Shown here: piece after piece, positions 53,932-62,011 of the stretch
Position numbering within the stretch: position 1 is the stretch's first letter
Layout of the letters: each line of letters starts with the position of its first letter
Assembly (NCBI GenBank): GCA_046595815.1
Contig: JBKJSN010000093.1
Location: 1,343-65,342, forward strand
Direction of reading: 5' to 3'
From: Mycobacteriales bacterium
GTDB taxonomy: Bacteria; Actinomycetota; Actinomycetes; Mycobacteriales; SCTD01
DNA length: 64,000 nt
Translations under genes and position numbers: made by a program
The notes under the pieces: model-generated
Database searches by the model: none
Told to the model about the DNA's origin: nothing
The model's input: only the letters and a program-made list of their open reading frames with translations

Positions 53932-54431
53932 CGCTGGGCCCGGGCCTCGAGCCGCTGCACCAGCTCGGAGACCGCGACATGCTGCTCGCCTTCCTCGCCC
54001 GCCAGCGCGAGCTGGTCTTCTTCAAGTGCGACGGCCTTTCCGACGACGCCGCCCGTGCGGTGGGAAGCTCGACCGGCCTGACGATCCACGGGGTCGTCCG
54101 GCACCTGGAGAACGTCGAGCGGTCCTGGCTGCGTGACCGGTTCGCCGGCCAGGAGGGGCTGGTCTTCGACTGGACCGACGCCGATCCGGACGGCGACTTC
54201 CACGTGCCTGCCGACCTCACGCTCGCCGACCTGATCGCGGCCTACCGCACCGAGACCGCCCACTGCGACGAGGTGATCGCCGCCCACGGCCTGGACGACA
54301 ACGGCGCTCGCGTCGACCACTCACTGCGCTGGATCCTGCAGCACCTCGTCGAGGAGACCTCCCGCCACCTCGGCCACCTGGACCTGCTGCGCGAGCTCGC
54401 GGACGGCGTCGTGGGAGAGGAGCCCGCATGA
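53928..54431 (+). CDS. DinB/DUF664 family protein (mycothiol transferase-like)
   Basis: L..QR....KCDGL, G.VRHL..VE..W, SLRWIL.HL.EE..RH.GH.D.LRE..DG. Confidence 0.85.
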   Translation: MTLGPGLEPLHQLGDRDMLLAFLARQRELVFFKCDGLSDDAARAVGSSTGLTIHGVVRHLENVERSWLRDRFAGQEGLVFDWTDADPDGDFHVPADLTLADLIAAYRTETAHCDEVIAAHGLDDNGARVDHSLRWILQHLVEETSRHLGHLDLLRELADGVVGEEPA

Positions 54432-55414
54432 CGACGGCCGAAAAGCCCAACCCCATCAAGGCATTCCTGCGCTTGGTGATGATCGAGCACTCGGTCTTCG
54501 CCCTGCCCTTCGCCTTCCTCGCCGCCCTCACGGCCATGCGCCTGCACACCTCGTGCGGGCTCGACACCTACGGCTGGGGCGATCACAACCCCGCCTGGTT
54601 CTCCTACGGCCCCGACGGACCGGTCGGCCCGGACGTCAGCAACGGCTGCACAACTGGCGAGTGGTTCGCCGGTACGCGGCTGCTGCTCATCACGCTCGCC
54701 ATGGTGGCGGCGCGTACCTTCGCCATGGCGGCGAACCGGCTCATCGACCGCGAGGTCGACGCCCGCAACCCGCGTACGGCGAACCGCGAGCTCGTCGTCG
54801 GCACGGTCTCCCTGACCACCGCCCGGGTCGGTGCGGCCGTGGCCCTGGTCGCCTTCCTCGCCGTGGCTGCTGCCCTGGGGCCCCTGCCCTTGCTCCTGGC
54901 CCCGCTGGCCGTCGTACCTCTGGTGGTCTATCCCTACGCCAAGCGCTTCACGGACTACCCGCACGCAATCCTCGCCCTCGCGCAGGCCGTCGCACCCGTC
55001 GGTGCGTGGATCGCGGTCACCGGCGAGTGGTCCTGGAGTGCGGTGATCCTCGGCGTCGGCGTGGGGCTGTGGATCGGGGGCTTCGACTTGGTCTACGCCT
55101 GCCAGGACACCGAGTCCGACCGTGCGCAGGGCGTCCGCTCGTTCCCCGCACGTTGGGGCAACGCTGCGGCCCTTCGCACTGCGCAAGCCGTGCACACGCT
55201 GGTCTTCGGCCTGTTCCTCTGGTTCGGCATCCGTGAGGGCTTCGGTCCGATCTGGTACGCCGGGCTGGCCCTCACTGCGGTCGCTTTTGGCTATCAGCAC
55301 CGCATCGTGGGCCCCACGGACCTGAGCCGCGTGAACCGGAGCTTCTTCATCAGCAACGGTTTCGTGGGTCTGGCGCTAGGTGCCGCCGGCATCGTCGACC
55401 TGGTCCTGCGATGA
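54428..55414 (+). CDS. mqnP: menaquinone biosynthesis prenyltransferase (UbiA family)
   Basis: IEHSVFALPFA, ARTFAMAANRLIDR.VD.RNPRT..R, YPYAKRFT, FDLVYACQD. Confidence 0.9.
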   Translation: MTTAEKPNPIKAFLRLVMIEHSVFALPFAFLAALTAMRLHTSCGLDTYGWGDHNPAWFSYGPDGPVGPDVSNGCTTGEWFAGTRLLLITLAMVAARTFAMAANRLIDREVDARNPRTANRELVVGTVSLTTARVGAAVALVAFLAVAAALGPLPLLLAPLAVVPLVVYPYAKRFTDYPHAILALAQAVAPVGAWIAVTGEWSWSAVILGVGVGLWIGGFDLVYACQDTESDRAQGVRSFPARWGNAAALRTAQAVHTLVFGLFLWFGIREGFGPIWYAGLALTAVAFGYQHRIVGPTDLSRVNRSFFISNGFVGLALGAAGIVDLVLR

Positions 55415-55420
55415 CCCCCT

Positions 55421-55474
55421 CCTTGCGTCCTCACCCCTGCGCCAGGCGTCGGGGGCACAAGTGATGACGCAAGG
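55421..55474. repeat. REP-like palindromic element, copy 2 (contains the ubiX start)
   Basis: CCTTGCGTCCTCAC...GTGATGACGCAAGG inverted arms; homologous to 48095-48148. Confidence 0.85.
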
Positions 55475-56081
55475 GAGGGCGCCGTGGGTCGTCGGGGTCA
55501 GCGGTGCCAGCGGTACGCCGTACGCCAAGGCCGTGCTCGGCGCGCTGCTCAAGGCGGGGCACGCGATCGACCTCGTCGTCAGCCGGGCTGCCCGGCTCAC
55601 CCTGCTCGACGAGACCGGGATCGCCTGGCACGACGACACTTCGAGCTTCGCTCAGTGGGTGGGTGCAGAGGGCGACGTGCGCTTCTGGGGCCCCGCCGAC
55701 CTGGCCGCCGGGCCCTCGAGTGGCAGCTATCAGACGCGCGGGATGGTCGTGGTCCCGGCGAGCACCTCAGCGGTCGCGGGGATCGCGCTGGGGCTGAGCA
55801 AGGACCTGCTCCAGCGGGCGGCGAGCGTCACGCTCAAGGAGCGGCGGCCGCTGGTCGTGGTCCCACGTGAGACGCCGCTGGACCGGCCCACCTTGCAGCA
55901 CCTGCTGGCGCTGCATGACGCAGGCTCCGTGGTGCTCCCGGCGAGCCCTGGGTTCTACGGCGGCGCGGACTCGGTCCAGCGGCTCGTCGACTTCGTGGCG
56001 GGCAAGGTGCTGGATGTGCTGGGGGTGGAGCACGACCTGTTGACCCGTTGGAAGGGCGAGCTAGGAGCAGGTCAGGCCTGA
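55464..56081 (+). CDS. ubiX: UbiX family flavin prenyltransferase
   Basis: WVVGVSGASG, PSSGS, LLQRAA.VTLKERR, PRETP, PASPGFY. Confidence 0.95.
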   Translation: MTQGRAPWVVGVSGASGTPYAKAVLGALLKAGHAIDLVVSRAARLTLLDETGIAWHDDTSSFAQWVGAEGDVRFWGPADLAAGPSSGSYQTRGMVVVPASTSAVAGIALGLSKDLLQRAASVTLKERRPLVVVPRETPLDRPTLQHLLALHDAGSVVLPASPGFYGGADSVQRLVDFVAGKVLDVLGVEHDLLTRWKGELGAGQA

Positions 56082-56287
56082 CGCGCAGGCGGGTCCCCGC
56101 GGAGCAGGGCCCGGACCTCGGACTCGCGGAAGCGGCGGTGGCCGCCTGGCGTGCGGATGCTGTTGATCCGCCCGGCCGAAGCCCAGCGCGTCACCGTCTT
56201 CGGGTCGACGCGGAACAGCGCGGCCACCTCGCCAGGCGTCAGCAGCCGGTCTCGCTGCGGCGGTCGCGCGTGCGTCTCGTCAGCCAT
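56072..56287 (-). CDS. BldC-family transcriptional regulator (possibly a paralog rather than the BldC ortholog)
   Basis: LLTPGEVAALFRVDPKTVTRWA.AG...IRTPGGHRRFRE.EVRALL; GGAGG RBS. Confidence 0.9.
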   Translation of the reverse strand: MADETHARPPQRDRLLTPGEVAALFRVDPKTVTRWASAGRINSIRTPGGHRRFRESEVRALLRGDPPARQA

Positions 56288-56333
56288 GTCCTTGTCCTCC
56301 CCCTAGCGTCGGGTTGCACCGGCGCTGGCCCGG

Positions 56334-56361
56334 TCAACGACGCGTTGGGTTGATGGTGACG
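56334..56361 (-). promoter_or_regulatory. putative sigma-BldN-type promoter of the bldC-family gene
   Basis: CGTCAC-N16-CGTTGA, same boxes and spacing as 34061-34088. Confidence 0.7.
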
Positions 56362-56444
56362 CGGTGTCGGGTTTCTCGCAGGCCAATGGATCGCTTTGTC
56401 CGGTTTCGCCCGTCCCAGGTGATCAGGAGGTGGTCAGGAGGTGA

Positions 56445-56579
56445 TCAGCGGGAGAGGCGGCGCACCAGTTCGCGAAGCGGGTGGGGGGCTGCGAGCCTGG
56501 CCTGGGAGTCGCGCCGGGCCTGTGCGCGGAGCTCGGCCGCATGGTAGCCACCGGCGAGGGTCTGGTCGAGAGCGAACAT
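56445..56579 (-). CDS. 44-aa small protein
   Basis: AGGAG RBS; MFALDQTLAGGYHAAELRAQARRDSQARLAAPHPLRELVRRLSR; divergent from the Lrp gene. Confidence 0.55.
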   Translation of the reverse strand: MFALDQTLAGGYHAAELRAQARRDSQARLAAPHPLRELVRRLSR

Positions 56580-56680
56580 GGTGCTCATCTCCTGATGATT
56601 CGTAGTCTGAGTCCATCTCTGATCTACGATTCCTAGGCTACGCTTGTCTACTGCCTTAGGTAACCCTCGGAGGACGTGAC

Positions 56681-57133
56681 ATGGACGACACCGACCGCCA
56701 GCTGATCGCCCTGCTCCTCGGCGACGCCCGCACGTCCTACGCCGACCTGGCACGGCAAGTGGGGCTCTCCGCCCCGAGCGTGCACGAGCGCATCCGCCGA
56801 CTCGAGCGGGACGGGGTGGTGCAGGGGAGCAGCCTGCGGGTCGATATGCGTGCACTCGGTCTCGGCGTGTCGGCCCTCGTCAGCCTGCAGCAGCGGGAGG
56901 GCGTGGACGCGGACGACATCGTGGCAAGCCTGCGAGAGGTGCCCGAGATCGAGGACTGCTGGCTCGTGGCGGGCGATGAGGCGTTCATCGCGAAGGTCCG
57001 GGTGGTCGACCTGGAGGACCTGGACCGGACGTTGCGGGTGCTGCGCCACGTGCCAGGGATCGCCCGTACGCGCACCACTGTGGTGCTCTCGACCCTGTTC
57101 GAAGGACGTCGTCGGGTGCCGGCCGACGCCTGA
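56681..57133 (+). CDS. Lrp/AsnC family transcriptional regulator
   Basis: MDDTDRQLI..L..DAR.SYADLARQVGLS.PSVHERIRRLE..GV; VAGD, TRTTVVLS. Confidence 0.95.
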   Translation: MDDTDRQLIALLLGDARTSYADLARQVGLSAPSVHERIRRLERDGVVQGSSLRVDMRALGLGVSALVSLQQREGVDADDIVASLREVPEIEDCWLVAGDEAFIAKVRVVDLEDLDRTLRVLRHVPGIARTRTTVVLSTLFEGRRRVPADA

Positions 57134-57276
57134 CCGGAGCCGCGGGTGTGACGGCATTCGGCGGGAATGCCCAAGCAGTTGGACTAGTGGCATATGGCCC
57201 GCATGTGCCATGGAGCACTGGCGCCCTGGTCTGGACACTCCTGAGCAACCTGACCTAGTTGCACCTGGAGCACTTC

Positions 57277-59022
57277 GTGATCCGTCGCCCCCTCCTCGCC
57301 ACGACCGCCGCCGCAGCTGTCCTTGCGCTGATCGCCGCATCTGGCTCAGCCTCTGCCGCCTCGACCACCTCTGCCGCCGGACGTGCCACCACGAGCGTGA
57401 CCGTGCTGGACCTTTCCGTCGCGGGGCACGAGCTGAGCCTCGTCGACCTTGCACTGAGCAGCGACACGATCGCCTCTCCGCGGGTGTCGTCGATCGCCCT
57501 GACCCCGGTCACGGTGGACGGCACGGGCTACGGCCGCCAGACGGTCAACCAGTCGACGTCGCCGAAGACCGTCGGCGCCTTGAGCACGCCCTCGGCGGTG
57601 GGCCCGTTCGCGGCCCTCACCAGCCCAGCAGTCGAGCTGACTGCGACGAGTACGCCGTCCAACCGGGCGGGCGCCGAATCGCTCGGCACGGTCAAGGTGC
57701 TGGGTCTGCCAGTGAAGCTGGTGGGTGAGCTGACGACCTCCACCTCCGTCACCGCGACTGCAGGGGCCGCTGGCGTCACGACGATCCGCATCGACGACCT
57801 GGCCCTGCCCAGCATCGCCGACCTTCTCGGTGCGCTCGGTCTGGACCTTTCCGCCCTTCCGCTCGACACCCTCGATGAGCTGATCAACTCCCTGGAGCTC
57901 ATCACCTCGGCGCTGGTGGCCGCTGAGAATGCCGTAGACGACGCGCAGGCCGCGGTCGATGCCGCCACGACAGACCTGGCGACCAAGACCGCTGACCTTG
58001 CCGCGGCGGAGGGGGCCCTCACGGCCGCTGAGGCCGCGTTCGCGACCGCCACGACCACGGTGGACGCCCTGCTGGCCACAGCCGGGATCGCCGACGTTGC
58101 GACGTACGAGGCGCTGTCCCAGCTGCTCAAGGATGCTGCCGAGCTCCTGGCTCCCGGCTTGGCCGCAGCAGTCACCGACTACCTCGCCGCGGAGGCGGCG
58201 GTCGCTGCGGCGACGGGGGTTGTCGCCACCGCCCAACTGGCCTTGGACACCGCCCAAGCGCTGCTCGCCAGCCTGACCTCCACGCTGACCTCGGCGATCG
58301 CGACCCTGCGCACGCTGTTGACGGCTCGCCTGGATGCGACACCGCTCGTGAGCCTTGACAGCCTTGAGGTCAGCACGAAGGCCTCCGCCACGAGCGCGAG
58401 CAAGGGCGGCCAGCACGCGACGGTCGTCGGCGGGACGGTGAAGGGCCTGGAGGTCCTGGGCGTCGACGTGCTCGCGGAGGTGACAGGCAGCCGGACCCTG
58501 GACCTGGCCGGGGTCGCCTCCTCGACCATCGCCGCGGTGAACAGCCTGATGGCCGAGGTCACCGGCACCTTGTCCGACGTGCTCTCGAACGTGCCCGGCT
58601 TCCCGGTGCTCGACGTACCCGCTCCCAAGGTGGGCCTGCTCACGAAGTCGACCTCGACCTCTATCAGCGGCGGCTTCGGCCGGGCGTCCGCGTCGATCAG
58701 CGGGCTGACGATCACGATCCCGGGCATCACCCTGCCGACCTCGCTGGCCCTGCCCGGCGCTGCTGGCCTCCCCGCGATGACCAGCGTCACGCAGGTGGCT
58801 GGGCAACTGACCAGCGCACCGATCACTGCACGCGTACTGACCCTGCGCGACCAGGCTGCGTTCCGACCAGGGGTCATCGGCAGCGGAACCTCGGCGGGCG
58901 GGCCGTCCGGTAGCACCGGTGGCATCCCGAACACGGGCCTCCCGGTCGGCGTCGCTGCCCTGTCGCTCCTGCTCTTGGGGGGCGCCCTGGCCGTGCGTCG
59001 CCAGCTGGCCATGGTCGGCTGA
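57277..59022 (+). CDS. secreted A/T/L/S-rich surface protein with coiled-coil and LPXTG-like anchor
   Basis: Signal peptide; Ala-rich heptad region; IPNTG + hydrophobic helix + RR. Confidence 0.8.
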   Translation: MIRRPLLATTAAAAVLALIAASGSASAASTTSAAGRATTSVTVLDLSVAGHELSLVDLALSSDTIASPRVSSIALTPVTVDGTGYGRQTVNQSTSPKTVGALSTPSAVGPFAALTSPAVELTATSTPSNRAGAESLGTVKVLGLPVKLVGELTTSTSVTATAGAAGVTTIRIDDLALPSIADLLGALGLDLSALPLDTLDELINSLELITSALVAAENAVDDAQAAVDAATTDLATKTADLAAAEGALTAAEAAFATATTTVDALLATAGIADVATYEALSQLLKDAAELLAPGLAAAVTDYLAAEAAVAAATGVVATAQLALDTAQALLASLTSTLTSAIATLRTLLTARLDATPLVSLDSLEVSTKASATSASKGGQHATVVGGTVKGLEVLGVDVLAEVTGSRTLDLAGVASSTIAAVNSLMAEVTGTLSDVLSNVPGFPVLDVPAPKVGLLTKSTSTSISGGFGRASASISGLTITIPGITLPTSLALPGAAGLPAMTSVTQVAGQLTSAPITARVLTLRDQAAFRPGVIGSGTSAGGPSGSTGGIPNTGLPVGVAALSLLLLGGALAVRRQLAMVG

Positions 59023-59040
59023 CGCACCTGGGCACGGTGG

Positions 59041-59074
59041 GCGCCGGTCCTCCCCGAGGGGGGAGGGCCGGCGC
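59041..59074 (+). terminator. hairpin after surface-protein gene
   Basis: GCGCCGGTCCTCCCC-gagg-GGGGAGGGCCGGCGC (one G-U pair). Confidence 0.6.
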
Positions 59075-59091
59075 TCTCCTACGCTGGGGGC

Positions 59092-60258
59092 ATGGATGCA
59101 GGGCGCAAGAGAGAGCTTGAGGACAAGGTCCTCGCCGGAGAACGGCTGACCTACGACGACGGGGTCGCCCTCTACGACAGCGACGACCTCGCCTGGCTCG
59201 GTGAGCTCGCGCACCACGTGCGCACGGTCAAGAACGGCGACCGGGTGCTCTTCAACGTCAACCGGCACCTCAACCTCACCAACGTCTGTACGGCGAGCTG
59301 CGCCTACTGCTCCTTCCAGCGCAAGCCGGGGGAGAAGGACGCGTACACCATGCGCGTCGAGGAGGCCGTTCGTCTGGCCAAGACCATGGAGCCGGCCGGC
59401 ATCACCGAGCTGCACATCGTCAACGGCCTGCACCCGACGCTGCCGTGGAAGTACTACCCCCGCGTGCTGCGCGAGCTCAAGGCCGCGCTGCCGAACGTCA
59501 ACCTCAAGGCCTTCACCGCCACCGAGATCCATTTCTTCGAGGAGATCAGCGGGCTGCCTGCGGAGGAGGTCCTCGACGAGCTCATCGACGCCGGCCTGGA
59601 GTCGCTTACCGGTGGTGGCGCGGAGATCTTCGACTGGGAGGTCCGCCAGCACATCGTGGATCACAAGACGCACTGGGAGGACTGGTCGCGCATCCACCGG
59701 ATCGCGCACAGCAAGGGCCTGAAGACCCCGTGCACCATGCTCTACGGCCACATCGAGGAGCCCCGCCACCGGGTCGACCACGTGCTGCGGCTGCGCGAGC
59801 TGCAGGACGAGACCGGCGGCTTCGCGGTCTTCATCCCCTTGCGCTACCAGCACGACGGAGCGGGCGACAACACGCGCAACCGCTTGATGGACCGCACCAC
59901 GATGGCCAGCGGTGCTGAGGCGCTGCGCACCTTCGCGGTCAGCCGACTGCTGTTCGACAACGTCGACCACGTCAAGAACTTCTGGGTCATGCACGGGCTG
60001 TCCACCGCCCAGCTCAGCCTGAGCTTCGGTGCCGACGACCTCGACGGCTCCGTGGTCGAGTACAAGATCACCCACGATGCCGATCACTACGGCACGCCGT
60101 CCACGATGTCGCGCGAGGACCTGCTCGAGCTCATCCGCGACGCCGGGTTCACACCCGCTGAGCGCAACACCAAGTACGAGATCGTCAACGAGTACGCCGG
60201 ACCGGTGAGCCTCGCGGACCGGCGGGCCGAGCCGCAGCCCATGAAGGCGTGGGCGTGA
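59092..60258 (+). CDS. mqnE: aminofutalosine synthase (radical SAM)
   Basis: NRHLNLTNVCTASCAYCSF, ELHIVNGLHP, GGGAEIF, TMLYGHIE, FGADDLDGSVVEYKI. Confidence 0.95.
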   Translation: MDAGRKRELEDKVLAGERLTYDDGVALYDSDDLAWLGELAHHVRTVKNGDRVLFNVNRHLNLTNVCTASCAYCSFQRKPGEKDAYTMRVEEAVRLAKTMEPAGITELHIVNGLHPTLPWKYYPRVLRELKAALPNVNLKAFTATEIHFFEEISGLPAEEVLDELIDAGLESLTGGGAEIFDWEVRQHIVDHKTHWEDWSRIHRIAHSKGLKTPCTMLYGHIEEPRHRVDHVLRLRELQDETGGFAVFIPLRYQHDGAGDNTRNRLMDRTTMASGAEALRTFAVSRLLFDNVDHVKNFWVMHGLSTAQLSLSFGADDLDGSVVEYKITHDADHYGTPSTMSREDLLELIRDAGFTPAERNTKYEIVNEYAGPVSLADRRAEPQPMKAWA

Positions 60259-60524
60259 TGCGCCGCGCTGCGCTGCTCTACACCCTGGGGCGCTTCGGGT
60301 TGTTCCTGCTCGTGGCCCTGATCCTGTGGAGCGGCGCCGGGCTCCTGGGCAAGGACCTCAACGGACTGCCGCTGTTGCTCGCCGCAGCCTTGCTGTCTTC
60401 CGCGCTGGGCTACGTGCTGTTCGCCCGACAGAGGCAGGCTCTCGCCGAGGCCCTCGACGGGCAGCGCAAGGTCAAGGCCGAGCAGGACGCCGCACGCCGG
60501 GCGCGCCTCGAGAACGAGTCCTAG
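60258..60524 (+). CDS. DUF4229 domain membrane protein
   Basis: YTLGR..LF, two TM helices, charged tail; TGATG coupling to mqnE. Confidence 0.8.
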   Translation: MRRAALLYTLGRFGLFLLVALILWSGAGLLGKDLNGLPLLLAAALLSSALGYVLFARQRQALAEALDGQRKVKAEQDAARRARLENES

Positions 60525-60580
60525 CAGTCGAGCGCGTCGTCGTCTGGGCCTGCCGGCCGGGCCCGGACCGGCCTGCGCGG

Positions 60581-61987
60581 GTGTGGGACTGCGCCGCCGT
60601 GCACAAGGTGCTGCACGGTGGTCAGCGGGGCGACCCCTTCGCCGTCTGGGCGGCGGCGCATGACCTGCCCAGCCCGCCACGCCCACGCGAGGACCTCAGC
60701 CTGCTCGACACGGCGCTGGAACCGGTCGAGGGGTACGCCGGACCGCTGCGACCCGACGGTTCGCTGCACCCGGAGGCTCCCCGCCTTGCACCGCCTGAGG
60801 TCTGGTCCGAGCTGGCGCGCGAGGTCGCGGCGCTCCAGGAGACGAGCCTGCGTCGCCTGCCTGACCCGCGTCCGGAACCCGTCGGCCCACCGCTGGCCGT
60901 GGTCACGGCCTGGGCGGAGTCCGCGGCGGCGCAGCTGTGCGTCGAGCTGGCGCAGGACGGGCTGCCCTTCGACCGGACCGTGGCCGAGCACATCCTGCGC
61001 GGCGTCGTCGGGGATGGTGACCGCGCCACCCGCGATGCGCCCGTGCTCGCGCTGGTGCCCGATGACCGGCTCGATTTGCGCAACCCCGCAGACGTCAAGG
61101 AGCTGCTCGCCCGCAACGGCCTGGACGTTCCCGACACCCGCTCGTGGCGGCTGGAGCCGCACCGGGCGCACCCTCTCGTCGATGCGCTGCTGACCTGGCG
61201 CAAGGCCGAGCGGCTGGCCACGACGTACGGCTTCTCCTGGATGGACGAGCACCTCGGGCCCGACGGTCGGCTGCGCGGCCAGTGGTCGGCCGCCGACGGC
61301 GGCGCCGGTCGGATGACTGCGAGCTCGGGCCTGCACAACCTGCCCGCCGAGCTGCGCCCCGCAGTCGCCGCCGAGCCCGGGCACGTGTTCGTGCGTGCGG
61401 ACCTCGGCCAGGTGGAGCCACGCGTTCTGGCCGCTGTCTCCGGCGACCGCGCTCTGGCGACGGCAGCCACCGCCGACGACATGTACACGCCCGTCGCACA
61501 GCAGCTCGGGTGCGACCGGCCCACGGCCAAGATCGCCGTACTGGCTGCGATGTACGGGCAGACGACGGGTACGGCGGGAAGGGCCCTCGCGCAGATGGAC
61601 CGCGCCTACCCGGCCGCCCTGGCCTACTTGCGGTCTGCGGAGGAGGCGGGGCGGGTCGGCCGAGACGTGCGCACGCACGGGGGGCGGTTGGTGCGCAGCG
61701 GCAGCGGCGGCGTCGGCCGCTACGTGCGCAATGCGGTGGTCCAGGGTGCGGCTGCCGAGTTGTTCAAGGCGTGGGCCGCGGCGGTGCGCAACGGCCTGTC
61801 GGGTGGGCGCATCGTGCTGTGCCTGCACGACGAGTTGCTGGTGCACGTCCCCGAGGCCGAGGCGCCTGACGCGGTGCAGCTGCTCCATGAAGCACTGACC
61901 TCGGTGGCCTCGCACTGGGCCGCGGGGTCCGGCGTGCGCTTCGTCGCGGAGGTGTCCGTCGTCAGTCGGTGGTCGCAGGCGAAGTGA
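60581..61987 (+). CDS. compact family-A DNA polymerase (second, Klenow-like actinobacterial PolA)
   Basis: Motif A VRADLGQVEPRVLA, motif B RPTAK...AMYG, RN.VVQG.AAE, motif C LHDELLV; start uncertain. Confidence 0.85.
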   Translation: MWDCAAVHKVLHGGQRGDPFAVWAAAHDLPSPPRPREDLSLLDTALEPVEGYAGPLRPDGSLHPEAPRLAPPEVWSELAREVAALQETSLRRLPDPRPEPVGPPLAVVTAWAESAAAQLCVELAQDGLPFDRTVAEHILRGVVGDGDRATRDAPVLALVPDDRLDLRNPADVKELLARNGLDVPDTRSWRLEPHRAHPLVDALLTWRKAERLATTYGFSWMDEHLGPDGRLRGQWSAADGGAGRMTASSGLHNLPAELRPAVAAEPGHVFVRADLGQVEPRVLAAVSGDRALATAATADDMYTPVAQQLGCDRPTAKIAVLAAMYGQTTGTAGRALAQMDRAYPAALAYLRSAEEAGRVGRDVRTHGGRLVRSGSGGVGRYVRNAVVQGAAAELFKAWAAAVRNGLSGGRIVLCLHDELLVHVPEAEAPDAVQLLHEALTSVASHWAAGSGVRFVAEVSVVSRWSQAK

Positions 61988-62011
61988 CCAGTGTTGCCCT
62001 AGGTTGAGGAA

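Noticed and set aside
57134..57276. Possible riboswitch upstream of the second surface protein
   Set aside because: Only short hairpins are present and I recognise no conserved riboswitch core; an Rfam/Infernal search would be needed.
57346..60087. Very long antisense ORFs (e.g. 57346-60087, 8641-10917, 60521-62710, 36536-38491)
   Set aside because: They mirror real genes on the opposite strand; stop-codon scarcity in high-GC DNA explains them and they contain no recognisable motifs.
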